A stretch of 64,000 nucleotides of DNA from Acidimicrobiales bacterium. GTDB taxonomy: Bacteria; Actinomycetota; Acidimicrobiia; Acidimicrobiales; Aldehydirespiratoraceae. A model generated the notes under the pieces. The model was not told where the DNA came from. It did not search any database and saw nothing but the letters and a program-made list of their open reading frames with translations. Where the stretch lies: the NCBI GenBank assembly GCA_965116485.1, contig OZ220692.1, forward strand, positions 283,152 through 347,151, in the 5' to 3' direction. Positions 53,142-62,288 of this stretch are shown one piece after another; the stretch's first letter is position 1, and every line of letters begins with the position of its first letter. A program made the translations under genes and the position numbers.

Positions 53142-53687
53142 CTACCATCGCCTCCGTCGATGATTGTCGTTCGTTGCTGCGCAATCTCGTTCTAGACCAT
53201 GAGCGTCGAAATAAGCGCTCGGCGCTCGTCTTGCTTTCGCTTCTAGCCCTCGCGCCCGGTGATTCGTGGTCAGATGCAAAGGCAGTCCCACTCAGGACGG
53301 TAGAGATCATGGATTGGATCCGGGAGCGCTACGGTATCGCCTACAAGCCGAACACCCGTGAAACAATTCGACGACAAACCCTCCACCAGTTCATTCAAGC
53401 CCACCTAATCATTGAGAATCCTGACGACCCACATGGAGGACCGAAACTGGCTTGTCCTGCTTGAAGCAGCGTCTACTCACGGACCCGTCGACCACACACG
53501 CCACCTCGAACTCAAGCATTTGTTTCGAAACTGCGAAGCTGGACTCGTCTTCGTCTCCTGCTTCGCAGATCAAGCAACAATGAAGAAGTACCTCACTGAT
53601 ATCTCGTGGGAGACTGAGGTTTGGACCGCGGACCATCCCACGCACTTGGTGCACTTCAACGGTGATCGGTTCTTGGGACCCCGTTAG
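53138..53687 (+). pseudogene. BsuBI/PstI-family restriction endonuclease, internally deleted and frameshifted
   Basis: The N-terminal domain (SALVLLSLLALAPGDSWSDA...YKPNTRETIRRQTLHQFIQAHLIIENPDDP) joins near 53432, with a +1 shift, to the extreme C-terminus (RNWLVLLEAASTHGPV...ISWETEVWTADHPTHLVHFNGDRFLGPR). About 183 codons, where I recall about 320 for R.PstI. Confidence 0.75.
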
Positions 53688-53837
53688 TTCAACTGCCAAG
53701 CTGGTTCAACCGGCCTTGACAGTCGACACTCGGATGCCCAAGTTCAAGGCCGCCCTTGCTTCTCGCTCAGTTCTTTGCTCCCCGATCAGTTAAGGAGTAC
53801 GGTTTGTTGAGCCGACTACGATCGGAATCGAGGGAAC

Positions 53838-54446
53838 TTGACGAAACAAACGGATCGTGACCTACGGGCTGAATGGCGGATGATGTACCGTGGCGTGCCG
53901 CCTCTGGTCGCGTTGATCGCCATCGTAGGCGCCGCGTTCTTTGGCGTAGCGGTGGCTAACGAACTGACTCCAGCAGACACTTCCGGTGGCCAGTATGCGA
54001 GGAACTTTGGTACCGAACGCGCCGAGTTCTGCGCCGAGGATGGCGTCTTTGACCATATGCAGCGCAGTCTCAGCGACGCTCCAGTGATAGGACACGCGAC
54101 GCCGGAGAATGCTGTTCGCGCATTTGAAACTGATGTTCAGCTGGCGGCTATCCCAAGTTCCCGAATCAAGGAAATTGCGGGACAAGAAGTGTTCGACGAA
54201 ATGGTTGGGCTGCTTGCGCCGTCGAGATCGTTCCAGACGACTGAGTCGCGATCCGTCGAGTCGGATTCTGGGACCGTCCATTACTTCGACAAGCCCTCCG
54301 TTAGTAGCGGTGTGCTCGAAGCCCGAGTGGTCGTCGGGCAGATTGCTGATCAGTGGGTCGCGCTTGAAGCGTTTCGCTGCGAGTCCATGATCGTTTCGGA
54401 CTGGGATCGATTCAAGGAACTGCGAGTTCAGGAGGTGTCACAATGA
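53838..54446 (+). CDS. hypothetical membrane-anchored protein
   Basis: One N-terminal TM helix (VPPLVALIAIVGAAFFGVAVA). Stop overlaps the next ATG (ATGA). Lower-GC island. Start uncertain (TTG 53838 or internal ATGs). Confidence 0.55.
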   Translation: MTKQTDRDLRAEWRMMYRGVPPLVALIAIVGAAFFGVAVANELTPADTSGGQYARNFGTERAEFCAEDGVFDHMQRSLSDAPVIGHATPENAVRAFETDVQLAAIPSSRIKEIAGQEVFDEMVGLLAPSRSFQTTESRSVESDSGTVHYFDKPSVSSGVLEARVVVGQIADQWVALEAFRCESMIVSDWDRFKELRVQEVSQ

Positions 54447-55117
54447 TCGACCGAATGCGCTCCCTCAGCACACGGACCATTGTTGCGCTTACCGCGATCG
54501 CTTTCGTTGTCGGCTTGCTGGTCGGCACAGAACCACCAGTTAACGCACATTCCGGCAGCGCCTTTTTCCCTGGAACCTGGGACGCGGACCCCTACTACAA
54601 ATTTGGCCAGCTGGAGGCACCATTCAACACCAATGCCGCCAAGTCGTCGATCCACGCCAGTGACGACCCTTGGAACAATGTGACTGACAGTTGGTTTGAC
54701 TTCCAACAGGCTCAAGGGGAGAACCCACATGTGCAATGGCTAGGAACCGCTTGCGCTACAGCTCCGTCCAACGGAGTTTGGATCCTTACAGACGATCTCC
54801 CCAGCACATCTATAGCGAGAGAGAACACATGCTATGACGGAGACCCGATAATCAAGTCAACTATACGGTTTGATCATGTAGGGCCGAACTGGTACACGGG
54901 AGCCTCATCTTCGGTGCCTTCTGGAAAGAAAGATCTGCGGTCAGTAGCTGTCCACGAATTCGGCCACGCGGCCGGTTTCAATGGCCATTTCACAGGACCG
55001 TCGGTTTGCAAAGGCTCGACACGCCAGACCATGTGTCCTGGGCCAATACAGTCTGGAACTTCTTATCGTCGAACCCTCGGAAACCATGACGCCCACACAA
55101 TTGCATCAGCATACTAA
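54443..55117 (+). CDS. secreted zinc metalloprotease, metzincin-like
   Basis: Signal/TM segment, then HEFGHAAGFNGH (HExxH plus a downstream G and H, one residue longer than the canonical HExxHxxGxxH), and a possible Met-turn (RQTMCPG). Confidence 0.65.
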   Translation: MIDRMRSLSTRTIVALTAIAFVVGLLVGTEPPVNAHSGSAFFPGTWDADPYYKFGQLEAPFNTNAAKSSIHASDDPWNNVTDSWFDFQQAQGENPHVQWLGTACATAPSNGVWILTDDLPSTSIARENTCYDGDPIIKSTIRFDHVGPNWYTGASSSVPSGKKDLRSVAVHEFGHAAGFNGHFTGPSVCKGSTRQTMCPGPIQSGTSYRRTLGNHDAHTIASAY

Positions 55118-55216
55118 GCGAACACTCGCACGCGCCCGCGCGCCGCTCGTTCCGACTCGATCAGATTCGCGGCGTTTCACCTGATGCACATTGCGGTTCA
55201 CCGGTCTTCTCTGTCG

Positions 55217-55687
55217 ATGTGCTTTTTTTGCAAACTCATGATGGCCATGGTGTTGTTGAGCGCATGTGGCGCTCCGGCTGAAACTGTCGTTCCAGAAGAA
55301 ACTGAAGCGCCAGCCACAGCGACTACTGAGTCACCCGAGTTCCACACAGATTCCCTTCCGGCAGGGAACACGCCCGAGAACGGAGTCCTGGCGCCTGCCG
55401 AGTTCCCAAATTGTCAGATGTGGGAAGACGTTGAATCCTTGCCAGCGGAGGGACAGGGCTACTCAACAGCTCGCGAAGCTCTCATTGAATTCCCTGTCAC
55501 CGATTTTCCCTACGAGATTTTTGAAATTACAAAAAAGACCAATCGGACTGTGATTTGGGAGATGCGCGATGCGAACAACACCCGAGCTGGCGAGGTTACA
55601 GCACGAAAGTCGACTTGGGGGTGGGTGGTGTCTCACGGCGCGTGGTGCGTGCCGAGTCGAACAACGAAAAAGCTGAACCTGGAATAG
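55217..55687 (+). CDS. hypothetical lipoprotein
   Basis: ORF 55184..55687. An ATG at 55217 gives MCFFCKLMMAMVLLSACG with the lipobox LSAC. No family recognised. Confidence 0.55.
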   Translation: MCFFCKLMMAMVLLSACGAPAETVVPEETEAPATATTESPEFHTDSLPAGNTPENGVLAPAEFPNCQMWEDVESLPAEGQGYSTAREALIEFPVTDFPYEIFEITKKTNRTVIWEMRDANNTRAGEVTARKSTWGWVVSHGAWCVPSRTTKKLNLE

Positions 55688-55694
55688 TGGCCAG

Positions 55695-57095
55695 TCAGGG
55701 ATTTGACGCCTGACGGGAGGCGGCGGAGCCGGAGGGATAGCCGATCAGCATCACCACCCCGGAGACGACGAAACAGGCCATCACCCACACGAACCCGTTG
55801 TAGATGCCGTCGTAGCTGAATCCTGCGGCGAGTGTGCTCACCACGCTGATGCCGATCGCGTATCCGATCTGTTGGAAGGTGCGCAGCGTGGCGTTGGCGC
55901 TGGCGAACTGGTCGACCCCGACTTCTGCCATCGCCGCGCTCTGGTAACCGGCGATCGTGGCCCCGACGCCCACCCCGATCAGGACCGCGGAAGGCAGGTA
56001 GACCCACACGTAGTCCTGTTCGGAGGTGAACGTGAGCAGTATCCAGAGGTAGCCGGCGGCGACCACCCAGCAGCCGATCGACACGATCCAGCGGTGCCCG
56101 ATCCGGTCGGCCATCCCTCCCAAGCGGGCCGATGTCAGCGCGGCGATCAGCGGGCCCGGGGTGAGCCCGAACCCGGTCTCGAGCACGTTCATTCCCCATA
56201 GCTCTTGGAACATGAACGAGTTGAGGAAGAACCCGGCCGTGAAGGCCAGCGAATAGACCCAGAACGCCGCGGTCGACACCGAGTAGGGGCGGCCCTCGAA
56301 CAGCGAGAGGTCGAGCAGCGCCCCCGGGTGGCGCTTTGATCGCCACACGACAAGAGGGACCACCGCGATCCCGGCCAGGATCAAACCGAGCACGCTCTGG
56401 TCGGTCCACCCGTGCTGTTCGGATCGAACGATTCCGTACATGACCAGCGCGACTCCCGCCACGCCGACGGGAACGCCGATCAGGTCCAGCGGTCCTTCGG
56501 CTGATTGATCGCGTGTCTCGGCGACCAGGTGTCGGGCCAGCACGGCGACGATCAGCCCCAACGGCACGTTGATCAGGAATATTCCCCGCCAACTCCAGGC
56601 GCTGATCAGGACCGCACCGACGGAGGGGCCGAAGGCTGCGCCCAGCGCACCGGCGGCGCCCCAGATGCCGATGGCCACGCCTCGTCGCGAGAGCGGGAAC
56701 TGCGGGAGGACCATCGCCAGCGAAGCGGGCATGAGGAAAGCGCCGCCGGTCGCCTGCACGACTCGGGCGACGATCAGGGTCGTGGGGCTGTTGGCGATTC
56801 CGCACAGCAACGAGCCCAGCAGGAACAGGTACAGCCCGGCGGTGAACGTTGCCCGTCGTCCACGGCGGTCCGCGGTTCGGCCCGCCAGGAGCAGCAGTGA
56901 GGCGAGGGCGATGTTGTAGCCGGAGATGACCCAGGGCAGCTGCGCTGATGTCGCCCTCAGGTCGCGTGCTATCGACGGCAGGGCGACGTTGACGACCGAC
57001 ACGTCGAGCACTACCAGAAACGCGGCGGCGGTGACGACGATCAGCGCCAGCCAGCTCTCCCGGCTGATCTCTTCGGGAGCGGCAGCGGGCATCAA
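55695..57095 (-). CDS. MFS transporter, DHA2 (EmrB/QacA, 14-TMS) type
   Basis: Polytopic protein. LAGRTADRRGRR-type motif A. 466 aa. Confidence 0.88.
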   Translation of the reverse strand: MMPAAAPEEISRESWLALIVVTAAAFLVVLDVSVVNVALPSIARDLRATSAQLPWVISGYNIALASLLLLAGRTADRRGRRATFTAGLYLFLLGSLLCGIANSPTTLIVARVVQATGGAFLMPASLAMVLPQFPLSRRGVAIGIWGAAGALGAAFGPSVGAVLISAWSWRGIFLINVPLGLIVAVLARHLVAETRDQSAEGPLDLIGVPVGVAGVALVMYGIVRSEQHGWTDQSVLGLILAGIAVVPLVVWRSKRHPGALLDLSLFEGRPYSVSTAAFWVYSLAFTAGFFLNSFMFQELWGMNVLETGFGLTPGPLIAALTSARLGGMADRIGHRWIVSIGCWVVAAGYLWILLTFTSEQDYVWVYLPSAVLIGVGVGATIAGYQSAAMAEVGVDQFASANATLRTFQQIGYAIGISVVSTLAAGFSYDGIYNGFVWVMACFVVSGVVMLIGYPSGSAASRQASNP

Positions 57096-57195
57096 CCGCC
57101 GACGGTAGTTCAGAACTGCGGTTTCTCCACGCCGCGCCCCGACTTTGTGTGCTGCGTGGCGTGCCGCTTCGGCTCAACAGCGCTAGACACAACCC

Positions 57196-57891
57196 GTGGC
57201 ACAAGTCCTCGACCGTGATCTGCGTCGCTTTGCGCGCAGAGCTGTGTTCCTTCGTCTCGTGAGTCGTCTGCTGTGCCGCACGGTCCATACTTTCGACGGC
57301 CCGGTCGACACTCTCGGCAGGCCTGTCGTGGTGGTCGCCAACCACCGGAGCTTCTTCGATGTGCCGGTGGGTTTCGCTCTGCTGGAGAGCCTTTCTCTGC
57401 GAGCCCGGATCCTGGTGCGCGCCAAGTACTTCGACATTCCGCTGGTGGGCTGGTTCCTCAGATCGGCGGGTTGCATCAGCGCCGGCAGCGGATGGCGGGC
57501 AACGATCAACACTGCTGTTGAGACGCTCGAGGCCGGCCGTCCTGTGGCGGTGATGCTCGAGGGAAGGATCGTGCCCCCCGAAAAACGTGACGGGTCGGGA
57601 CTCGGCAAGGTTCGCAGGGGGTTTATGGAGATCGCCAGAGCAGCCGATGCGGTCGTGCTGCCCGTCACCCTTGTCGGTTCTGACGAGGTTTGGCCCACCG
57701 ACAGGAGGTTCCCTCGGCTTCCATGGCGCGGCCGACCGTTGGTGCAGATCCATGTCGGTGAGGTCATGGTGATCGACGACCTCACCAACCGCGAGGCCCT
57801 CGAAGCCGTCCGTTCGGTGATTGCCTCCCATATAGCCCGGATGACCGAAGCCCCGCAAACTGGCGACGGGTCTCCGAGCGCGAACATCTGA
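57196..57891 (+). CDS. 1-acyl-sn-glycerol-3-phosphate acyltransferase family protein
   Basis: HX4D motif (ANHRSFFD) and an EGR motif (MLEGRIV). The last 13 codons lie inside a repeat-element hairpin. Confidence 0.8.
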   Translation: MAQVLDRDLRRFARRAVFLRLVSRLLCRTVHTFDGPVDTLGRPVVVVANHRSFFDVPVGFALLESLSLRARILVRAKYFDIPLVGWFLRSAGCISAGSGWRATINTAVETLEAGRPVAVMLEGRIVPPEKRDGSGLGKVRRGFMEIARAADAVVLPVTLVGSDEVWPTDRRFPRLPWRGRPLVQIHVGEVMVIDDLTNREALEAVRSVIASHIARMTEAPQTGDGSPSANI

Positions 57892-57985
57892 TTTGCGGGG
57901 CCAAGGCCCGAGCGGCCCGGTGAGCGAAGCGAACCAAGAGCGGGAAACAACGGACTGCAACGCGATGGCTCGCCTATCTACGCGT
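57850..57985 (-). mobile_element. modular MITE/BOX-like element, minimal copy (A x1, B x1), reverse orientation
   Basis: Hairpin CCCCGCAAA (57851) / TTTGCGGGG (57892). B module CCCGAGCGGCCCGGT. A module GAGCGAAGCGAACCAAGAGCGGGAAAC. Terminal CCTATCTACG (57973) is an 8/10 match to the family terminal repeat. Confidence 0.6.
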
Positions 57986-58010
57986 GCTCTGAGCGTTCTA
58001 CGCTGCGGCC

Positions 58011-59489
58011 ATGGCCAAACAACCCAACATCTTGTTGATCGTCTCCGATGAGGAACGACGCAACGACTGGCTGGCCGGCAAGGCCGACCTCCCGGCCCAT
58101 GACCGGCTCCGTGCCGACGGGTTGACGTTCAACCGTTACTACACCCACTCCTCACCCTGTTCACCGTCGCGGGCGAGTCTCTACACCGGCAGCTATCTTG
58201 CCGAGCACGGGGTGGTCGACAATGTCTCGTTCCCGGCTCACACGGCTCTCGATCCGGCGATTCCGACCATCGGCAGCCTTCTGGCCGAGCACGGGTATTA
58301 CAGCGCTTACCTGGGGAAATGGCATCTTTCGCACGAGCACATCCCGGAGATGACCGCCCACGGGTACCAGGATTTCCGGGGCAACGACATGCACTACACG
58401 GGTTCTGCGTGGAGCGGGCGTTTCTTCGATCCGATCATCGCCGCGGATGCCATGGACTGGTTGCGCAACCACGCCGACGACGACACGCCCTGGCATCTCA
58501 CGGTGGCCCTGGTGAACCCGCACGACATCATGTGGTTCCCGATCGATCATCCGAGTTATCAGGCCGAGCACCCCAGAGACGCCAAGGTGTTCGAGTTCAT
58601 GCGCAACCTGCGCCTCGAGGGGGTGCCGGTGGAGGCCATGTCGGAGGACTATCCGGAACGGTTCAGCGATCTTCCCGCCAACTTTCACGATGATCTGCAT
58701 TCCAAACCGGAGATCCAGAGGGCGTGGCGCCAGGTGCGCAACCACGAGCACTTCGTCGGGCGGATGGACCTCGCCGATGAACGGTCCTGGTTAAGGCAGC
58801 TCGACTACTACGCATACCTCCATGAGGAGCTCGACCAGAATCTCGGTGAGCTGCTCGACACGTTGGACGAACTCGGCGTCTACGACGACACGGTCATCGC
58901 CTACACGTCTGATCACGGTGACGCTTGCGGCAGCCACGGCCTGCGCGCCAAGTTGCCCTGCGTCTATGAGGAGGTGATGGGGGTGCCGCTGGTCATCAAG
59001 GTTCCCGGTGTCACCGAGGCTGCAACGTCGACGGATGCTCTGGCCACTCATGTTGATCTCGCCGCGACTCTGTGCTCGCTGGGCGGGGTCGACCTCGACG
59101 AGACGCCTTCGTTGTCGGGTGTCGATTTGATGCCGGCGCTTGCCGATCCGAGTGCTCGACCACGCGACCATGTCCTGTTCTCACAGGACAGTGCCCAGTC
59201 TTCGTTGATTCGGAACTGCCGTTACGCAGTCCGCGGCTTCTTCGACGGTGTCACCAAGTACGCCCGTTACTACGGGATCGGCGGCGGCATCGAGCGGGAC
59301 GGCACGCGTTCGTCCGTTCCCAAACTCTTCGATGTCGACGCTGCCTTCGAGGACCACGATCATGAGTGGTACGACACGGTCGAGGACCCTTTGGAGTTGG
59401 TGAATCTGGCTCATGATCGCGGTCGGCGCGATGAGCTTCGCGACAATTTTCAGCGTTTGTTGAGGTTCGAGGCCGAAGCGGAGGTGTGA
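58011..59489 (+). CDS. sulfatase (Cys-type formylglycine motif)
   Basis: CSPSRASLYTG (C-x-P-x-R), GKWHL, DHGD. Confidence 0.9.
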   Translation: MAKQPNILLIVSDEERRNDWLAGKADLPAHDRLRADGLTFNRYYTHSSPCSPSRASLYTGSYLAEHGVVDNVSFPAHTALDPAIPTIGSLLAEHGYYSAYLGKWHLSHEHIPEMTAHGYQDFRGNDMHYTGSAWSGRFFDPIIAADAMDWLRNHADDDTPWHLTVALVNPHDIMWFPIDHPSYQAEHPRDAKVFEFMRNLRLEGVPVEAMSEDYPERFSDLPANFHDDLHSKPEIQRAWRQVRNHEHFVGRMDLADERSWLRQLDYYAYLHEELDQNLGELLDTLDELGVYDDTVIAYTSDHGDACGSHGLRAKLPCVYEEVMGVPLVIKVPGVTEAATSTDALATHVDLAATLCSLGGVDLDETPSLSGVDLMPALADPSARPRDHVLFSQDSAQSSLIRNCRYAVRGFFDGVTKYARYYGIGGGIERDGTRSSVPKLFDVDAAFEDHDHEWYDTVEDPLELVNLAHDRGRRDELRDNFQRLLRFEAEAEV

Positions 59490-59526
59490 GGCCGTAGCCC
59501 CGGGCAAGGCCGCTAGCCTGCTGGGT

Positions 59527-59599
59527 GGGCCGCTAGCTCATCGGGTAGAGCAGGAGACTTTTAATCTCAAGGTGCCGGGTTCGAGCCCCGGGCGGCCTA
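59527..59599 (+). tRNA. tRNA-Lys (anticodon UUU)
   Basis: Cloverleaf folded by hand: acceptor GGGCCGC/GCGGCCU, D stem GCTC/GAGC, anticodon loop CTTTTAA, T arm CCGGG-TTCGAGC-CCCGG, discriminator A. CCA is not encoded. Confidence 0.9.
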
Positions 59600-59708
59600 C
59601 GAAGCCCTTTCATGCAACCAAAAGCCTGTTCTTATGACATGAGGCATGGCGGTGTGTGATAGGTTCCGAGGTGTCCGAAGTTCCATCCCCCAGTTGCTTG
59701 GTTGAGCC

Positions 59709-60491
59709 ATGTCACCACGTCAGATCGCAGTAACTCTGGTCGCCCTGATCTTCATTGTCGCAGCAGCCCTGCTCATTATCAGTCGGGGCGATGACGACTC
59801 CGGGGACGACGCGACAACGACGACTAGTAGTTCGGCCACGCCCACTACCAGGGCGCCGAGCACTGATGGTGACGCCGGCGGCGACGGGGCTGACGACAGC
59901 GCTGAGGCGACCGAGACCACGGTCACCACGAGCACGACGACTACGGTTCCGCTTTCGGTTCCGGTCAACGTTCCGGTTGTCTGCACTGCCGACATTGCCG
60001 GTGCCCAGGTGGTTGCTGAGGCTGCCGACGACGCGGTGCCGCAACTGGGCGCCAACTCGTCGATCAGCACCGTGGGGCTCGGTGCGGTCTCCTTCGGGCT
60101 GACGGTGCCGAATGCAGCTCAGGCGAGCGGGTCTGCGATGCTCGCCTGCGAGCCTGTCAGCGAGTGCTATCACGTGTCGCCCGCCGCATCTCCCGGGGGG
60201 ATCAGCTTCCTGGTTCATGCGTCGACGATTGAGCGGGTTGACATTGTCAGCGGGCCGATCACGACACGTTCGGGGATCGGGATCGGAACGAGTGCCGAGC
60301 ATCTGGTCAACACCTTCGGAGACAAGCTGGAGCGGCAGGTGATCGACGCTGACACGGTCAACTTGGTCTTCGTGCCGACGGACGCCTCCGACGCCGACTT
60401 CCGGGTTGTGTTCACGGTCGAGGACGGTGTTGTGACCACTTATCGGTCGGGTCGCATGCCGATGATCCTCCAGGACGACCCCTGCGCCTGA
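59709..60491 (+). CDS. hypothetical membrane-anchored Thr/Ser-rich secreted protein
   Basis: N-terminal TM helix, T/S/D-rich linker, and a C-terminal domain with conserved-looking Cys residues. No family recognised. Confidence 0.55.
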   Translation: MSPRQIAVTLVALIFIVAAALLIISRGDDDSGDDATTTTSSSATPTTRAPSTDGDAGGDGADDSAEATETTVTTSTTTTVPLSVPVNVPVVCTADIAGAQVVAEAADDAVPQLGANSSISTVGLGAVSFGLTVPNAAQASGSAMLACEPVSECYHVSPAASPGGISFLVHASTIERVDIVSGPITTRSGIGIGTSAEHLVNTFGDKLERQVIDADTVNLVFVPTDASDADFRVVFTVEDGVVTTYRSGRMPMILQDDPCA

Positions 60492-60530
60492 TCACTCAGC
60501 TCGAATACCCGGCCTGACTGCCCGGGCTGA

Positions 60531-61037
60531 CTATTCCAGAATCTCGTCGGGGATCTTGGTTTCGTAGCTGCGGCATTCGACGACCACCGAACCGATTCCA
60601 GCAGGTGTGTATTCGCCTGTTTCGATGTTGAGTTCCGTGACGAAGTCCACGTTGTCGAACCTGATGATGTCGTGCTCGAAGGTGAAGTCGAGCAGCACTC
60701 CCAAGCGTGGCTCGAAGAGCACTTCTTCGCCTTCTTCGCCGACCTCTAGACCTACGTAGGGTTCCCCGACATACGCCTGAACAAAGGCGTGGACGGGCTT
60801 GTTGTTGACGTCTCTTCCGACCCCTGCGGCAAGGATCTCTCCCGCGCCGCCGTCGACGCAGGTGAATACGAGGTCGTAGGCGGCGGGGCCGACACGCACC
60901 AGGCCCACCGACTGCGGGGCCGCCGTTTCGCTCGCGGCCGGCTCTTCGACGTTCGGCGTGGCACCGTTGTCGTCGGCATCGTCGAGCAATGAGCAGCCCG
61001 CTACGAACACGGTGAACAGGCACAGCAACCGACGCAC
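60531..61037 (-). CDS. hypothetical lipoprotein
   Basis: MRRLLCLFTVFVAGCS lipobox. Composition is typical of real coding sequence, unlike the overlapping Arg-rich ORF 60496..61089. Confidence 0.6.
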   Translation of the reverse strand: MRRLLCLFTVFVAGCSLLDDADDNGATPNVEEPAASETAAPQSVGLVRVGPAAYDLVFTCVDGGAGEILAAGVGRDVNNKPVHAFVQAYVGEPYVGLEVGEEGEEVLFEPRLGVLLDFTFEHDIIRFDNVDFVTELNIETGEYTPAGIGSVVVECRSYETKIPDEILE

Positions 61038-61324
61038 GTTGCGAGGCTACAGAACGCTTGGAGCCGGTGCAGGCAGACGGTATGTTCAACGGCAGTGGCC
61101 ACCAACCCCAACACCCGCAAACGGCGTGCCAACACCAGAGAGGCCCGCCACGCTCAGGCGGTGTCCCGGTACGAGCAACGCCGGCGACGCTTCCAACTCT
61201 GGTTGGTTCTCAGTCTGGCCGTGTTGATGATCCTGCCGCTCGCCGCGGGAATCATCTTTACTCTCTTGGGTTAGCGTCCGCTGCGGCCGAGAGTTGGCCG
61301 AACCCGCCGATATCCTGCGATGTC

Positions 61325-62263
61325 GTGAGTACCGAGAAACGCGCCCGCCAGAAGTCCAACCGAGCCAGTCGGATCGCCGCCGCGCAAGCGGCCGAGGCGA
61401 AGGCCAGGTCCCGCCGTCGGATGATCCGCTTGGGAGCGGTTGCTGTAGTCGTTGTGGTCGCGATCGTCGGTGTTGGCTGGCTCGTGAACGGCGATGACGA
61501 CGAGCCCGAGTTCGATCCTGTTTCGACGGCGACCACCACGGAACCCGAGCCCGCTGAACCCGAACCCGCCGAACCCGAACCCACCGCACCTGAACCCGAG
61601 CCCGACAGCACCACGTCGACCCCGCAGTCGGTTGAGATTTCCGAGCCGTCGGATCCGGATTGCCCGGCACCCGACAAGAGCAGCCCTCGCACTCTTGATT
61701 TCGCCGGTCCGCAGCCGATGTGCATCAATCCTGCCCACAGCTACACCGCCGTGTTCGACACGTCCGAAGGTGAGATCGTCATCGAACTCGACACCGAGAA
61801 CACACCCAACACCACCAACAACTTCGTGACGCTCGCCCGCTGGGGGTACTACGACGGCACCACTCTGTTCCGCACCGATCCGAGCATCGACATCATCCAG
61901 GGCGGGTCGCCTCACACCAATTCGGCCGGCGATCCGGGGCCTGGGTACACGATCCCCGACGAGCCGACGTTCAGCAGCGAGGGCGGCGTTCTGACGGGAC
62001 CGTACCGGTACGTTCCCGGCCAGTTGGTGATGGCCCGCAGTGCCGGCCCTGATTCTTCAGGTGCGCAGTTCTTCTTCACCACCGGCCCCAAAACGGCTCT
62101 GCTCGACGGCCAGGGCACCTACATCGTGTTCGGGCAGACCGACGAAGCCGGTCTCGGCGTGATGCAGGACATCATCGGCTTGCATCAACCCGACGACAGC
62201 GGGCTCGGGGGCAGCCCGTCGCGCACGGTCACCGTCAACTCCGTGACGATTCTGGTCAGCTGA
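61325..62263 (+). CDS. membrane-anchored cyclophilin-type peptidyl-prolyl isomerase
   Basis: ORF 61058..62263 trimmed to the GTG at 61325 (STEKRARQKSNR N-terminus, TM helix, EPEPAEPEP linker). Cyclophilin core (FHRTDPSIDIIQGG-like, GQLVMARSAGPDSSGAQFFFT). Confidence 0.85.
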   Translation: MSTEKRARQKSNRASRIAAAQAAEAKARSRRRMIRLGAVAVVVVVAIVGVGWLVNGDDDEPEFDPVSTATTTEPEPAEPEPAEPEPTAPEPEPDSTTSTPQSVEISEPSDPDCPAPDKSSPRTLDFAGPQPMCINPAHSYTAVFDTSEGEIVIELDTENTPNTTNNFVTLARWGYYDGTTLFRTDPSIDIIQGGSPHTNSAGDPGPGYTIPDEPTFSSEGGVLTGPYRYVPGQLVMARSAGPDSSGAQFFFTTGPKTALLDGQGTYIVFGQTDEAGLGVMQDIIGLHQPDDSGLGGSPSRTVTVNSVTILVS

Positions 62264-62288
62264 GCGGCTCTGGCCACCGGACTGCGGC

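Noticed and set aside
55633-57960. 775-aa minus-strand ORF spanning the MFS and acyltransferase region
   Set aside because: Arg/Pro/Gly-rich low-complexity translation typical of off-frame ORFs in high-GC DNA. It overlaps, in another frame or on the other strand, two genes with clear family motifs (MFS 55695..57095; the HX4D acyltransferase).
59527-61040. Integrated element at tRNA-Lys
   Set aside because: There is no integrase, no visible direct repeat of the tRNA 3' end, and no clear composition shift in the two downstream hypothetical genes. The evidence is insufficient.
60496-61089. 197-aa Arg-rich ORF
   Set aside because: It overlaps, in another frame, ORF 60531..61037, which has a lipoprotein signal peptide and normal amino-acid composition.
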